From Felis catus (taxonomy: Eukaryota), in assembly GCF_018350175.1 (NCBI RefSeq), contig NC_058376.1:10354001-10418000 (forward strand): 64,000 bases of DNA, written 5' to 3'. Position 1 is the first letter of the stretch. Every line of letters begins with the position of its first letter. A model generated the notes under the pieces. That model was not told the DNA's origin, did no database searches, and saw nothing but the letters and a program-made list of their open reading frames with translations. This document shows, piece after piece, positions 47,775 through 60,830 of this stretch. Both the position numbers and the translations under genes were made by a program.

Positions 47775-48660
47775 TACAATACAACTGTATGTATAATATA
47801 CAATATACAATACATAAATATATAAATACAGCTGTATATATAATATATAATATACAATATATAAATGTATAATATACAATACATAAATATATAAATATAG
47901 CTGTATATATAATATATAATATACAATATATAAATATATAATATACAATGCATAAATATATAAATACAGCTGTATGTATAATATATAATATAAAATATAT
48001 AAATCTATAAATACAACTATATGTATAATATATAACATACAATATATAAATATATAATATATATTATGTACAAATCTATAAATACAACTATGTGTATAAT
48101 ATATAATATACAATATATAAATCTATAAATACAGCTATATGTATAATATATAACATACAATATATAAATGTATAATATATATTATATACAAATCTATAAA
48201 TACAACTATATGTATAGTATATAATATACAATATATAAATCTATAAATACAACTATATGTATAATATACAATATATAAATATATAATATACAATACATAA
48301 ATATATAAANNNNNNNNNNNNNNNNNNNNNNNNNNNNNNNNNNNNNNNNNNNNNNNNNNNNNNNNNNNNNNNNNNNNNNNNNNNNNNNNNNNNNNNNNNN
48401 NNNNNNNNNNNNNNNNNNNNNNNNNNNNNNNNNNNNNNNNNNNNNNNNNNNNNNNNNNNNNNNNNNNNNNNNNATACAAATCTATAAATACAACTATATG
48501 TATAATATATAATATACAATATATAAATATATAATATACAATACATAAATATATAAATGCAACTGTGTGTATAATATGTAATATATAACTATATAATACA
48601 TAAATATATAAATACAACAATGTATAATATATAATATATGCATATAATATATAATAAATA
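47775..48660. repeat. AT-rich compound minisatellite
   Basis: The anchor ATAAATACA(A/G)CT(A/G)T(A/G)T(A/G)TATAAT recurs about 10 times with variable ATAT spacers. Confidence 0.92.
48310..48473. other. Assembly gap (164 N) inside the AT-rich minisatellite
   Basis: N run. Confidence 1.
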
Positions 48661-50149
48661 GCACATCACATGGAACATATAACATATATACTGTGGCTGG
48701 AGTGATCTTAGACATCTCTCTGTCTAGGACCCCAGAGACATTCACTTTTCTAAGGGGTCACAGCTGGTCAATACCTGAGTAAGACCCAGGAATTGGCTCT
48801 GCCTGGCCCCTGGCCCCTAGCATTTTATAGATACTGGACTTTGGTGGCAGATTCCACCTGGGAGTCTCAGTAATTAGCAGACACCTCTCCTAATCCTCCT
48901 TAACTACTCTTCTCCTTGGTCAGACGCCACAGCCCTTTACGGGCTAAATCCCTTTCATTGTGGGGACACATTAAGTAGAGGAATTTATATGGAGTCCGCA
49001 GCTGAGGTGCGCGCGTTAGGAAGAGAGAAGGGCCTCCTCTACCCTGATGTGATTTGGATGTTGTCACCCACCCTGTGGTTTGCATGTTCTCTTTTACCGG
49101 TAAACCCAGCAGTGCCTTCGCTAAGCTGCCCACCGCACGCCCGCCGCCCCCTTAAGCAATTTTAGGGTTAACCAGGTTGGTTTTAATGAGAGTCTCTGGT
49201 GAAATCTGAAAACCCAGAGGAACTGCAAGCGTGCATGCTCACACAGAGAGGGGAGAGATGGTTTGGCTAAGGCTGCCAGCCTCCAGCTCTCGAAGGGACC
49301 CTTGGGAAGTAGGAGAATGCTGTCTTCCCACAAGATCTGAACCCAGGCTACAACCCCCATCAGGCATATCTGTCCTCACCGCACTCCTGATTCAAAGTAC
49401 GTATGGCCTCGAGTAGCCTCTCTCAAGAAAAGTAAAGGCTTTTTCCTCTCTCGAGCGTTCTCTCATACACGCTCGCACACTCGCGGAGGCCAGCACTCAA
49501 AATTCACACACCTCAGGCAGCCCACTGGGATTTCTCCCCATGATGGACTGAATTGGACAAAACCTTTTCTAGGGGGAACAGGAGCTTCTGAAAGTCGAAA
49601 GTCGCTTCCAACCTCTCTCGATCATGTGACACATAAATAAAACTTAATTAGCGTACCCGAAAACCTATGCATAGCGATTTACTTATAAATTACATGCCTG
49701 CCCTCCTGTGCTGATATAATTATGGTATACGCATTATAAAAGACAGCCTAAAAATGGAAATTAAAATAAGATACACCTAAAAGTGCAAGTTGTGGTGCTT
49801 TTCCCTTCTCCTCCGAGAATACCCCAATTTGACACAGAAAAGTTCTGGACGCCTGCAAATTGCTAACTGGGACTCCACTTTTACCAGCAGACCTTTACTC
49901 CTTCACTTGGACTCTTCGGCGGATGTTTAAGCATAAGCTTCACTCCGGAAGGAATCGAGTGTTCTTGATGTGTAGAACAGGGGCTACGGCGGGAGAGTAA
50001 ACCTCTGCTGAGCCCAGAGAGGGGCCCTGTGGCCGGGCACAGACGAGGATGAATTACCGGCTCTACTTCTCTTGTAACAGCGCAGATGATCTTAGTGCTT
50101 CGTGGCAGAGGGCTGAGCTTAACAAGGCTGAACTGGTCATAGGAAAGCT

Positions 50150-50330
50150 GGTATTTATTGGGCATCAGCTATGTACCAGCACTGCACTGGTGCCAAGCTC
50201 TTGCTTGCGTCACCTCATGAAATCCTCCGCGAAAACCTGTGAGCAGGAATTCTCATCGCTAATCAGATTTCGCCGAGGGAAGCGGGGCACGCAGAGGTTA
50301 GGTAACCTGCGCGAGGTGGGGCTGAATGTC
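50150..50330 (-). mobile_element. MIR
   Basis: CTATGTACCAGCACT...GCAGAGGTTAGGTAACCTG antisense core. Confidence 0.65.
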
Positions 50331-52369
50331 AATGAGGGAGCCAGGGGCAAGTGGAGGAGTTCACCGCCGAGCCCACGTCGGGAGGTTGCCCTTCTCTTGG
50401 TTCGACACCCGACAGAGTTAGAGACGAGTCGAGGCCCCTGGACAGCAGGTGACACCGTGTGTGCTGGGAGAGAGGAGAGGTTGAACCTCAGGCGGCCTCG
50501 AGCCGGGGTACCATCCATTATCCTGGGCTGCTTCCGTGTCTCTGGATGCATTCGGCGGCGTGGGTCCCTCCCATCCGCGTCATCGATGCCCGGCTCACTT
50601 TGACCCTCATGGTGGTCCCGCCCCATCAGAGCTGCCCCCAAGGGAGACATTCATGTGATTCCAGGGCAGAGCACGAGAGACGCTTCTCTAAGTCACTGGT
50701 GCTCAAACTAGGTTGTACGCCTGAATGGCCTGTTCCCAAGGCAACGGTGGGATGCTACTTTGGGTGGGGAGAAACCAGCCCTAAGTCTTTCTCCCCAGCC
50801 ATCTGTCTTAATCCATCAGTCTGGGAGTCCGCCAGGGGTGGCACTCCGGTGAGACAGCAAGGCACTTAGCAAAAAAGTCTTCAGGAGATGCTCGCTCACA
50901 GGTGGGCTGACCCCGCAGGCCGGCCTGACTTTGAGAGACAGCGCCTCCTTAAACTTTGCGCCCTAGGTGGCTCCCTTGCCGCATCCTGGTCCGCGTCCCG
51001 GGACCCACGTACAGAAGAGCCCACAGAATGATCTGCCCAGTAATCAGGGGTCTCATACATGAGTTCATCCTTTAGGAAGCCAAGAAGCCCCCCCAAAGTC
51101 TGCACTGTCATGACCCTGACCCTGGCCAGAATTCCAGTGAAGGTCCCAGCAAACGCCCACATCCAGTTATTCCCATGGCCGAGATAAAAATTCTACCGTG
51201 GAAACAGCGGACTCAGCTGTGCCACCAAGAAGTGGCTTCGACCCCTCCTGTAAACAGGACCCTCCACGTCACCGGGGGCCAGCTGCACAGCAAGAGACCC
51301 ACTGACTGGTTGGTGAGCCTTTGAGAACAGCCTCTCCGCCCTTCGGCAGAGACATTTGTCATTTCAGAAGTCCATGTTGCCAGTGCTCCGACATCATTAC
51401 AAATCCTGTTTTCAAGTAGGTGGGTTTGAGGTTTTCGTTTTCTCTTTAACCTTATTAGTATAAAAAGGCATTTCCCATCTGATTAGTCTACAGCCAGTAC
51501 CACAGAGTCACAGAAAGTTCCTTCCCTTTCTCCTTGGGCTCTCCACGTGGCAAAGGCCGCAAGAATTAATTACATTTCCCCCCACAAAGCCAGCTCACAG
51601 CCAGTGAGAGGCCCCTGCTCACCGAGGAGGCAGGGAGCCCGCCAGGTTCTAATTGCTGCTATGCAAACATCTTAATGGGAACAAATTAAAAGGCGCTCAA
51701 GCTAATTATTCTCCACAATAAAAAATAATAGTAAACTAATAAAGCTCCTCTGGAAAGGTGATTCTGTGTCACCTCAAAAGAGTTGCTTTCCTTATGCAGA
51801 GTGTGCAAATGACAGGGAAAAAAAATCTCCATGCGCTAGAGATTATATGTGGGGAATTCTTGTGACTCAGAAAACACCCTCGAATGCTTACTTAGGGCCA
51901 TCTGCACGCACCCCAGGGCCCGGCCCGGCCTGCCCCAGCCCGGCTTCCCTCCCTCTCTCCGTCCCGCCGTCTTCCCTCCGTGATCTCCACTTGACCTTCA
52001 GGCAGGCTCTGGTCCTTCCTGGGGAATCCTGGCTCCCAGGCCCCCAGTGGCCTCCCTCGGAGACCCTAGCTGCCCACGTCAACCACGTCAGGCCAGCCTC
52101 GATCCTGTCACTCACACAGAAATGACAGCCTCATCTGTCCATTCCACGTTTCGGTAACGTGGCCCGAAGGAGTAGAAGGCAGGGAAGGACCTTGCTGCCT
52201 GGCCCTGGACAGGTTCTGGACCAGGAGGATGAGAGGGAGGAGCCCCCACCGCCAGACTCAGTTCAGTCACGTGCCCTCTGTGCTCCTGCTGGGAAGGCTT
52301 CTGGCTTGTGCCCCAGATGACAGTTCAGTCTCACGGCTGCTTATTAATGACATTCATCAACATTCACCA

Positions 52370-52560
52370 ACACTCACCGGTGCTTACGATGCAGCAGGCA
52401 CATTGCCACCATGATCCCTTTCAATAAAAACCTTATGAGATAAGTACGGCTCTTAATCCCCATTTGACAACAATAAAAAAGGCACACGGAACAGCCCAGG
52501 CCACAGGGCTGGCAGGAGGCAGAGCCCAGCCCGGATGTCGCTGGCTTACCCACTCGTATC
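52370..52560 (-). mobile_element. MIR
   Basis: CCTTATGAGATAAGTAC...ATCCCCATTTGACA. Confidence 0.6.
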
Positions 52561-53208
52561 CCCGGACAGGACGGGCGGTGGTCACGGCCCTCCGGGTCAG
52601 AGGGCCCAGCTCTGCCCTTCCCGCTGTCACCTTGAGCCGCCTGCTTACCTTCTCTGGGCCTCCTCTCGTCCTCTGAGCAGCGGGTGGTGGCAGTGCTTAC
52701 CTGCTAGGTGGCCACAAGGACTAAGTTAGGAATACCGGAATACGCGGCAAACTGTAGCTGAATTCACCTGGGGTGGTGGGGCTTCTACTGCCCACCTGAT
52801 TTGCTTTTTTTTTTTTTTTTTTTTTTGCGAGACACCACTCTGCTTGATTTTCCCACTTTTGTCTTTACACACCCACAGCAAGCGAACTCTGCAAAGCGAA
52901 CCCTGATGTTGGCACTCACGTGAACGCACAGGGGCATCTGATGGATTGGATCAGCAGGTCTGCTGGATCCATTGGCTCAGCCACTGGCCAGCAGCTAGTG
53001 GCTCAGGCATGGGATGCAGGGGGGGGGGGGGCAGAGAGCCCTGGGCTGATGCGGGTCTCGGCTCCAGCTGTGTGCACCCCTGCACGTGATCTTCCGCTCC
53101 CAGGTCCCACCTGGGAAATGAGAGGGCGGATGTTTGAGATCTTTCCGTGCTGACCTTCTGAGTGAAAGGCATCGTGCAGGCTGCGAATTCGCCTTCTGTT
53201 AATTCTGT

Positions 53209-53427
53209 GCAAAGTTTCTCACCCTCACCACTGTTGACTTGGGGGACCAGACTATGGTTCGTTAAAACTGTGCTGTGTGTTGGGAGACGTCTAGCAGCAT
53301 CCCTGGCCTGCACCCACTGGATGCCAGAAGCATCACCACCCCAAGCTGGGACCAACAAAGAAACGTCTCCAGTCATCACCACATCTCCTCTGAGTGATGA
53401 AATCACCCCTTGTTTGAGAACCACTGC
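53209..53427 (-). mobile_element. MER20 DNA transposon fossil
   Basis: TAGCAGCATCCCTGGCCTGCACCCACTGGATGCCAG...TTGAGAACCACTG. Confidence 0.85.
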
Positions 53428-53914
53428 TCTGGAGAAACCTTAGGGACCAAACCATTATTGGTGCTTCCCATTTACTTATGGGTCAGGAAATTTTAAAACT
53501 GTGGTGATTCTGACGTTCTCCGACATGTTTGTATCCACCACACCTGGCTGGTCCCCATCTTCCAGCGCTGGCTCAGGCTGTCCACCAAAAGGGACGGTCC
53601 ATGAGCAAGGGCCTTGAAATTAGGGCAGGCAGCCATAGGTCCCGTAATTAAGAGCAGAGAATCAAGGGTACCTTAAGATTCCAGTCTGCTGAGGACGAAC
53701 AAGAAAGAATTAGTAAATTGGGATTACTTTCTAGAAGAAATCAGACCTGTTAACCTGACCTTCAAGAGTTTTTCTAGGGCAAGAGAGGGAAAATTAGGTA
53801 CTCCTGGGACAATGCATCCAGGCTGTTGTGGTTGACATACACAATGATTAAAGCTCAGCAGGAAGAAGTCATCCCATAGGAAGTGACAAGAAAGCATTGG
53901 GGAATGTCCAGTTG

Positions 53915-54150
53915 TATTGAGCAAGCACTATTATGTAGCATTTTCCAAGGGCCAGGCCCTGTGTTAGGTGCCTACAAATAGGCACTTACGTCATTGTTGT
54001 CACCTACACAGTGGGGACAGTTAATCTCCTCGTTTTGCAGATGGGGGACCGGGGGCACAGTGTGCCACAAAACTCATCGAGGTGCACGCGGCTGGGAGGT
54101 GGCATGGTGGGGCACCACCCTAGTCTGGTTTGGGGTCCTGAATGCTTAAC
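53915..54150 (-). mobile_element. MIR
   Basis: TATTGAGCAAGCACTATTATG...CTCGTTTTGCAGATGGGGG. Confidence 0.65.
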
Positions 54151-55038
54151 CGCTAAACTATGCATACTTAAGAGACAGTCTTCTAGAGAGGGTGTGACCT
54201 GGGCACTCATGCCCTTTGGAATAAAGTAAAAATGAGCGATCTTAGCCTCTCATTACAGACATCAAGGGAAATACTTGACAGCAATAGAGCTCTTAACTAT
54301 TTCAAAACTATTAGAAGCTCAGGAGGCTGCAGTTCTGAATCCTGATTTTGAGCAACCCATTTTATTTCCTTTTTCATATGGGTACTCTCAGCATGTCTTT
54401 GATGAAGGCTCTAGATATCTAGGAGAAAAGTAGTCAAAAAGACCAGGTAGGGAGAGATTCCAGGACCTACAGATCATTGAAGATTTAGTCAAAAGTTTCA
54501 GAAGTGCCAAAGCATCTTCAATGTCACTTTTATGCACATTATTTTCAAATCCTCTCTGGGGAAAGATTTCTTCTGCACAATTGTCATTGCTCCCATAACT
54601 TCTGGTAGCAGGGTTAGCCAGCCAGTCCATGGGGCTGTTGTTCAGTGCAGGGAAGTCAGTGTGCGAGTTATAAGTCGTGGGACATGTGTCTGTTAGAAAC
54701 GCTGCAGGAAAAAGACCAGGCGTCTCCACACCCCTGTCATAGACATAGATGGACACAGTCTATGTTTGCTCCCTGACGCCATTGGGCTACCAGAGTGATG
54801 CAGGGGTAGCCAAGACTTCTAGGGTACCCATTGGGGTCTCCTGCAACAGGGCACATTCTGGTTCTATTATTTATTCGGTTCATGTAGGTACAGCAGTACT
54901 CACCAAAATGCAATTCAAGGTTTTCTGTTTCTAAACATATTCTCCCAGAGACTCTGAGCTCTTTGAGAAATAATCTCATGAATCCTTTTCTCTTTTTTTC
55001 TCACAGCACCTGAAAAGGTGTGGGCACTAAACAAATGT

Positions 55039-55320
55039 TGGATGGATGGACAGATGGATTGGTGGATGAATGGGTGAATGGATGGATGGATGGATGTTTG
55101 GATGAATGGGTGGTGGATGGATGANNNNNNNNNNNNNNNNNNNNNNNNNNNNNNNNNNNNNNNNNNNNNNNNNNNNNNNNNNNNNNNNNNNNNNNNNNNN
55201 NNNNNNNNNNNNNNNNNNNNNNNNNNNNNNNNNNNNNNNNNNNNNNNNNNNNNNNNNNNNNNNNNGGATGAATGAATGGATTCATGGATGCATGGATAGG
55301 CAGCTGAACAGATAGATAGA
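55039..55320. repeat. (GGAT)n microsatellite extending from an L2-like 3' end
   Basis: Direct reading; spans a gap. Confidence 0.9.
55125..55265. other. Assembly gap (141 N) inside the (GGAT)n repeat
   Basis: N run. Confidence 1.
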
Positions 55321-56553
55321 TAAATCCACTGGCCTTGTGCTTACTGCTGAGGTATAGAAGGCCCAGTTGTATGGGCAGAAGAGGCCATGATAGTCTCTCT
55401 CCAGCCATACAACCACAGCTGGGAGTGAGAAATTAAGACCTCTACTCAGACTTGGCTCCCCACCTTAACTCTTGTGATTAGCTAAGGATAGGAAAGAGTA
55501 TGTGGGGATATTAGGGTAAGGAGAAGCAGGCTGCATGGGGCTGATCCCACTTCTGTCCAAAGGGTGTTGGGCTGGAAGGTCTGGTGGGTGTCCATTGTGG
55601 GAGGCTGGGTAAGTACACAAGAAACATGTGAGAAAAACACATAGCGAAGGGGCTTTTTCTGTTCCTGAGTTGACTGGTTTGTGCTTTAAATTGAATACCT
55701 TTGTGGAAAAAGAAATGTCAATGGCCAAGAGAATCTCTTATCTCAGGATGGATAATGAGGTCCACTCCATTTCCCATCGAGTTACCTCTAAGACATCAAA
55801 CAAAAAACAACAGAAGGGATGCCCTCTATTCTTCTGTTACCAGTTTAAAAAGGCCTTTTTATTGGAAAGCTAAACCATTTTTTTTTCCTGTCCAAAAAAG
55901 AAAACTAGTGGAAAACCAGAAAAGGCTTGGTAAATAACTTACAGCAGATTTGTCATTAAGGTCTCGGTTTTGCCTTTCTCGGTAAAGTCTTGGGAAGGTG
56001 AGTGGACACAGAGACTGTCTTGTGGATGCAGCACGTTTTCTCCATAGCTCTCAATCAAGGGGGGGAAAGTTCTTCAGTGAAATGTTGGCCAGGTGGCGTT
56101 GCATACGCGTGTTCCCCATTCTGTTCGGAAACCATGAGTATTTGTTGAACAACTGGAGTATCTTGTGTTCCTAAACACGCCGACCATTCTCCCAAAGCCC
56201 ATCTGCACCTAAATGCCCCTCAGCCAGGCCTGGACCCAGGTCACATGGATACACTCAGCTTTGCCCATAGCCACATCTGCAGCTAGGAAGGATTCTGTCA
56301 AGCTTGGCCCTCATTCTTTGTTCCATTCAGGAACATTCCTTAGTGGATCCTCTGTCCAAATAAATGCCTTCTTATATTTGTAATTTTCATCCTTTTCCTT
56401 AAGATCTGTTCTTGTGGTTCCTTTCCCATGGATCTGTTTGCTCAGTCTCCTTTTTCATTTGTTTAGACCATATACTGGAACCTTCTTTCCAGATATATTT
56501 CCCATTTCTTTTCCCATTTTCTTCACCAAGCTTTTCACCATGAAGTATCTTAA

Positions 56554-56808
56554 ATTGGTGGTTCTTAACTAGAGGGAGCGGGTGCGAGGTGAGGGGCAGT
56601 GTTGCCCCTGGGGCATATCTGACAATGTCTAGAGACATTTGTAATGGCCACAAATGGCGGGAGGATGGGAGAAGTGTACTGGGATGTAGCCAGTTGAGGC
56701 AAAAGATGCTATCACACTTCTTACAATGCACAGGATAGCCCACTACAGTAGGGAATGACCAGGCCCCAAATGTAAATAATGACGAGCTTGATAATCCAAC
56801 CTCGTATT
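56554..56808 (+). mobile_element. MER20 DNA transposon fossil
   Basis: GTGGTTCTTAAC...GACAATGTCTAGAGACATTT...TACAATGCACAGGATAGCCC. Confidence 0.8.
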
Positions 56809-58259
56809 ATCTATCACCAGAGTTATGGTTGTAGAGATGTATTTCTGCCCTTTATTCAATCCTCTTGGTGTTTTGCTTTCTGGAAAGTGCTACCCCTCCC
56901 CCTGAAATTGGGGAAGCAAGTGTGCATGTCTTCACGGAGCGAGGACCTGTCAAAGCGTAGATGGAAAACCTGAAAGGCCTTAGAAATTATGGTAGCAGAG
57001 GTCATTTGGGGATTCCCAAGGACCAATATCATAGACCAGTATCTATTCTAAGCACCTTCATATTACAAAAGAGGATCCTAATCTCTTTATTATGTGGAGG
57101 AGGAAGCTATCACCTTAAACAGATGTTCTAAAGACTATCATAAGGGTTTTGAGTATCAGAGGAAAAGGAAGAAGACAGATAAAAGACAAGAGAACCCAGC
57201 GTAAAGAGACAAGGCCAGAGACAGCATATAGAGACACCAGATCATAGGCTGGAGAGAGGAGATAAGGAGAAGGCAGGAGTCCTAGGAGCAGAGTTTGGGG
57301 GCACGTCCACACAGGTGAGCAGAGCGACCAGACGGCCAACAGGGACGTGCCTGAAACCCAAGAAGGGATTCCTCCTGAGGCCAAAAGATTCCCGTAAGAG
57401 ACAAGTTAAGGATTGGAGGAGAACGATGGGGCTGTGGTTGAGAGGCACTGAAGGTGCCTGAAGCAAGGAATAGCCTGGAACACCAGGAGGCATTCCTCCA
57501 GGAAGTATACTGAACTTAGGAACAGGGTTCTATGGGTTACTAGCACCTTCTGTGCCTGAGGCTCTCGGGAGGTCTCCATACATTGTCCCCTTGCCCACCC
57601 AATGCCTTATGAGCCAATATTGTTAGCTGAGTTTGAAAGTGAAACCATGGAGGCTCTGAGATAACAGTAAGAATTCTGAGCTTAGAAAGGCCAGGAAAGA
57701 AAGCCAAGTCTGCGTCAGCAGTAATCCTAGCTATGTTGGGATTAAAGTTGAGGTATGTTTACTGCTCTCTGCTAAATCATTGATGTACTACCATACTTTT
57801 ATTCTGTTTACTTACATGTAACACATGAAATTTCCTCTAACTTGAACTTGGAGTAGGCTGTTGAGCTGACCACCAACTGTGCAAAAAAGAAGGAGAGAGG
57901 TCAGTTGGAGCAGAGGGGACAGTGGGGAGAGGCCACGCAAGAGAGTCACCACCACCAGGGGATGAGTTTGAAAAACAGACACCCATCCTTCGGTTCGCAG
58001 ATTTGATCATCTGGATTTCAAGTAGACTGGAAACTATATTTAACAAGAAGAAACTCCTTCCCCACTTCACACAGCAAGCCGATGAGCTGGGCGTCCACCC
58101 TCCCCTTTCCCCACTCCATCTGTGTCTTTCATGACTATATAACCAGGTTTTCAACCATATCACTTCCTTCCCATTTCCTTCCCAGCCTCTTCTGATCCCA
58201 GACCCACCGGGTGCCTGGTTGATCGCACTCTGTAGAACGTGTTAGCAATGACCCATCAG

Positions 58260-58560
58260 CAAATGTACTGAGTGGCTGATATGTGCGTGACCGTGTATTA
58301 GAAAATAGCCTGGAATGCAAAGATTACGTGGCATGAAATGGCCTTCAGGGAGCTCACTGTCTGGTAAAGAAGGCAAATCCCAAGCAGGAGAAAGAGTCAG
58401 GGGACAAAATGATAATTGAAGAGCGCAGCAAAGACGGGAGAAGCATCACACCAGGAAGATGACTGGTTGCTGAACTCAGAAGTGATCTGTGGAGGGTCCA
58501 GAGGAGAAGCGGCCATCTTATCCGGGGCTGGGGAGGACGAAGGAGATGACATAAATGAGG
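58260..58560 (-). mobile_element. L2 fragment
   Basis: CAAATGTACTGAGTGGC...CCTTCAGGGAGCTCACTGTCTGG. Confidence 0.55.
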
Positions 58561-59634
58561 CGGCCAGTCGAGCTGGTTCAGGAGACGCTCAAGGGCCACG
58601 AAGAGACCACTCTGGCTCACCAGTGAGCAGCAAAATTGAAGCTAGATCTTTGAATGTTGCAGAAGGAAGGCCGAACTTGAACTTGCCGATGGGGGGGCGG
58701 GGTCGAGGGGGTCTTAAGTTGGCAGTACCTAAGAATCCCGCTGCAGGGTTTGTTAAAATGCAGATTCTTGGGCCTCATGAGAGACCCTGAGAGGCCCCAG
58801 AATCTGCATCTTCGCAGCCCCGTAACCTTGCTAGTACTTAGATGCTCAGCAACAGGAAGGCTTGGACTGGTTTTGATGAAATCAAAATAGAATCTTCATG
58901 AAATTTCAGGGTGTAGTCAGATTCAGTTCTCCATCTGACAGCTAGCGCCTGCTCTGCAGGGACGTATTCATTCCAGAAGGGTGAGGCTTCTCGTGATTTT
59001 TCTCGCATACCATGGATTTTTCTAGTCCGGTCTCTCCGATGCAAGATCGCGCTTACTGCTTATTACCTGCGACTCAAAAATATGTACTTTAAAGCGTATG
59101 CCATGGGATTCTAGGGTTAGCGAGAGATCAAGTCGGGTCTAGAACACTCAGACGTGGGCTCCGGATTCTATCCCGCTGCACCAAACTACACAGCTTCTGA
59201 AACAGCTGTGGACGTGCGGGAATTCCGAGATGTGAACACATCTCGTCAACAGGAGGCCCCTGGTTGGTTTGGAGTTTCTTGTGTGAGCTTTTTATGTATT
59301 TGTCACATCCTCCCCCTCCCCCTCCCCCACCACCTGTGGGCCCAGGACCTAACCTAGACTCTCCTGAATCCCTGAAGGTGGTCTCAGCTGGGATGTTAAA
59401 AATCCCTTAACTCTTTCCTTCCCTCTGGAGCAGGAAGGAATTCGCTTTTCCAGTAGCAAGGTGGCGGGCATTAAAGCACAGCCATGGGAACAAACGCCTC
59501 TTGGCTGAAGTGCAAGGCCTCCATGAGGATTCACTCTCCTGCGGAACCCTGGGCCCCGTGGCTTGTAGCCTCCACAGAGACTCCAAACAAGAAATTTATG
59601 GCAAATGGCCAGACAGGACTCTCCCAAGGCCTTG

Positions 59635-59770
59635 CTTTGAGTCAAAATGTGGTCTTGGGGCTAGTGACATCACCTGGGAACTTGGTACAAGTTCAGAATC
59701 TCCAACCCCGGCCCAGACCTGCAGAATCAACCTGTATTTTCACAAAAGCTTCCCGGCGATTTGCCGTTCA
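59635..59770. mobile_element. MER5A-like fossil (another copy at about 58715-58850)
   Basis: CATCACCTGGGAACTTG...CAGAATCTCC...CCCAGACCTGCAGAATCA. Confidence 0.65.
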
Positions 59771-59849
59771 AGGAGCTTTGTCCTTAAATCTGCAGCCTGG
59801 CCCCCACGATTGGGCCTCCCCGGCTCCAGATTCTTGCAAAGGCGCAACA

Positions 59850-60500
59850 GTGTAATCAGTTACAGGGTAGAGGGTGGGGGCCCCCGGGTTTCACTCCCTC
59901 CTGCCTCCTCACCCGCCCTCCTCGACGCTTTCCCATCCCAGCGGCTGCACCTGCAGGCTCCTTTCTTCTCTGGGAAGCCTCTTAAAACAGACACCCCCCC
60001 CCTCCCCGCCTTGCCTCTAGGGTGGGGCTGCACTACCTNNNNNNNNNNNNNNNNNNNNNNNNNNNNNNNNNNNNNNNNNNNNNNNNNNNNNNNNNNNNNN
60101 NNNNNNNNNNNNNNNNNNNNNNNNNNNNNNNNNNNNNNNNNNNNNNNNNNNNNNNNNNNNNNNNNNNNNNNNNNNNNNNNNNNNNNNNNNNNNNNNNNNN
60201 NNNNNNNNNNNNNNNNCCAGGACCCGCGCCACCGCCTCCCTTCCTGTCGCCGCTGCTGTCGTTCCCCCCCTCCGCCGTTTCTGGCTGTTGCCTTCTGCGT
60301 TGCTCTTTCGGTTAACTTCACCCATTGCTTTTTCTCAAGGATGCCCTTGCTGCCGCTCCGTGCAGACGGAGGGATGGGGCCGACGACCCCCCACCTCCCG
60401 GGGGAGCAGATGCGCGCCGACCCCGGGCTGGCCGGTGTGGGGTCGAAATTTAAGACCTGCCAGGGCCTTAAGGGCCCTGGTTGAGGCACGGTTGAGGAGG
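59850..60500. promoter_or_regulatory. Probable orthologue of the Runx1 +23/+24 (eR1) enhancer, core possibly in the N gap
   Basis: Unique GC/CpG-rich sequence 22.2-22.9 kb downstream of the P1 ATG, with an ETS core CTTCCTG just after the gap. Support is positional only. Confidence 0.45.
60039..60216. other. Assembly gap (178 N) in unique GC-rich intronic DNA
   Basis: N run. Confidence 1.
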
Positions 60501-60599
60501 AGGTGAAGTTGCTTTCTCTTCCGCAGCGTCTAATGCTTTGGCCTGCCTTTAAATACAAACAGAAAGTAAAAAAGAAATAACAGAAAGCAATCCAGAGGA

Positions 60600-60830
60600 G
60601 ACCAGTGATAAGCAAAAGCTCGTGGAAAAGGAACCCCAAAGTCCAGGATCCAGATTGTTTTCTTTCTTGGAGTAAACTGACCTGGCCTGATTCCATGCGG
60701 TGAATACCTAATTACCAATCTTCCCCTTTTGGGGGATATTAAAAGCTCTTTCCCCATTTGCCTGTTATCAGATAAGCAAAGCAGATGAGAAGTCAGTGGG
60801 TAACCACAGGTACAACCACAATATTCGCTG
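60600..60830. promoter_or_regulatory. GATA/E-box/RUNX motif cluster (about +23.1 kb)
   Basis: TGATAA at 60606, TTATCAGATAA at 60765-75, CAGATG at 60782, AACCACA at 60802 and 60814. Confidence 0.55.

Noticed and set aside
47672-48745. Tyr/Ile-rich ORFs and a CRISPR-like repeat appearance
   Set aside because: AT-rich minisatellite; the spacers are not unique, there are no cas genes, and the context is mammalian.
33000-50000. Orthologues of the human lncRNAs RUNXOR and RUNX1-IT1
   Set aside because: Only positional plausibility; nothing in the sequence lets me define them.
52068-52079. AGCTGCCCACGT resembling my recollection of the +23 enhancer core
   Set aside because: The adjacent GATA and the rest of the core are absent and the distance is only +14 kb; treated as chance.
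53209-56808. Two MER20 copies in inverted orientation as a composite transposon or dsRNA
   Set aside because: Old, highly diverged and 3 kb apart.
59501-60696. 327-aa and 278-aa ORFs
   Set aside because: Inflated by the N gap and partly MER5-derived; no homology recognised.
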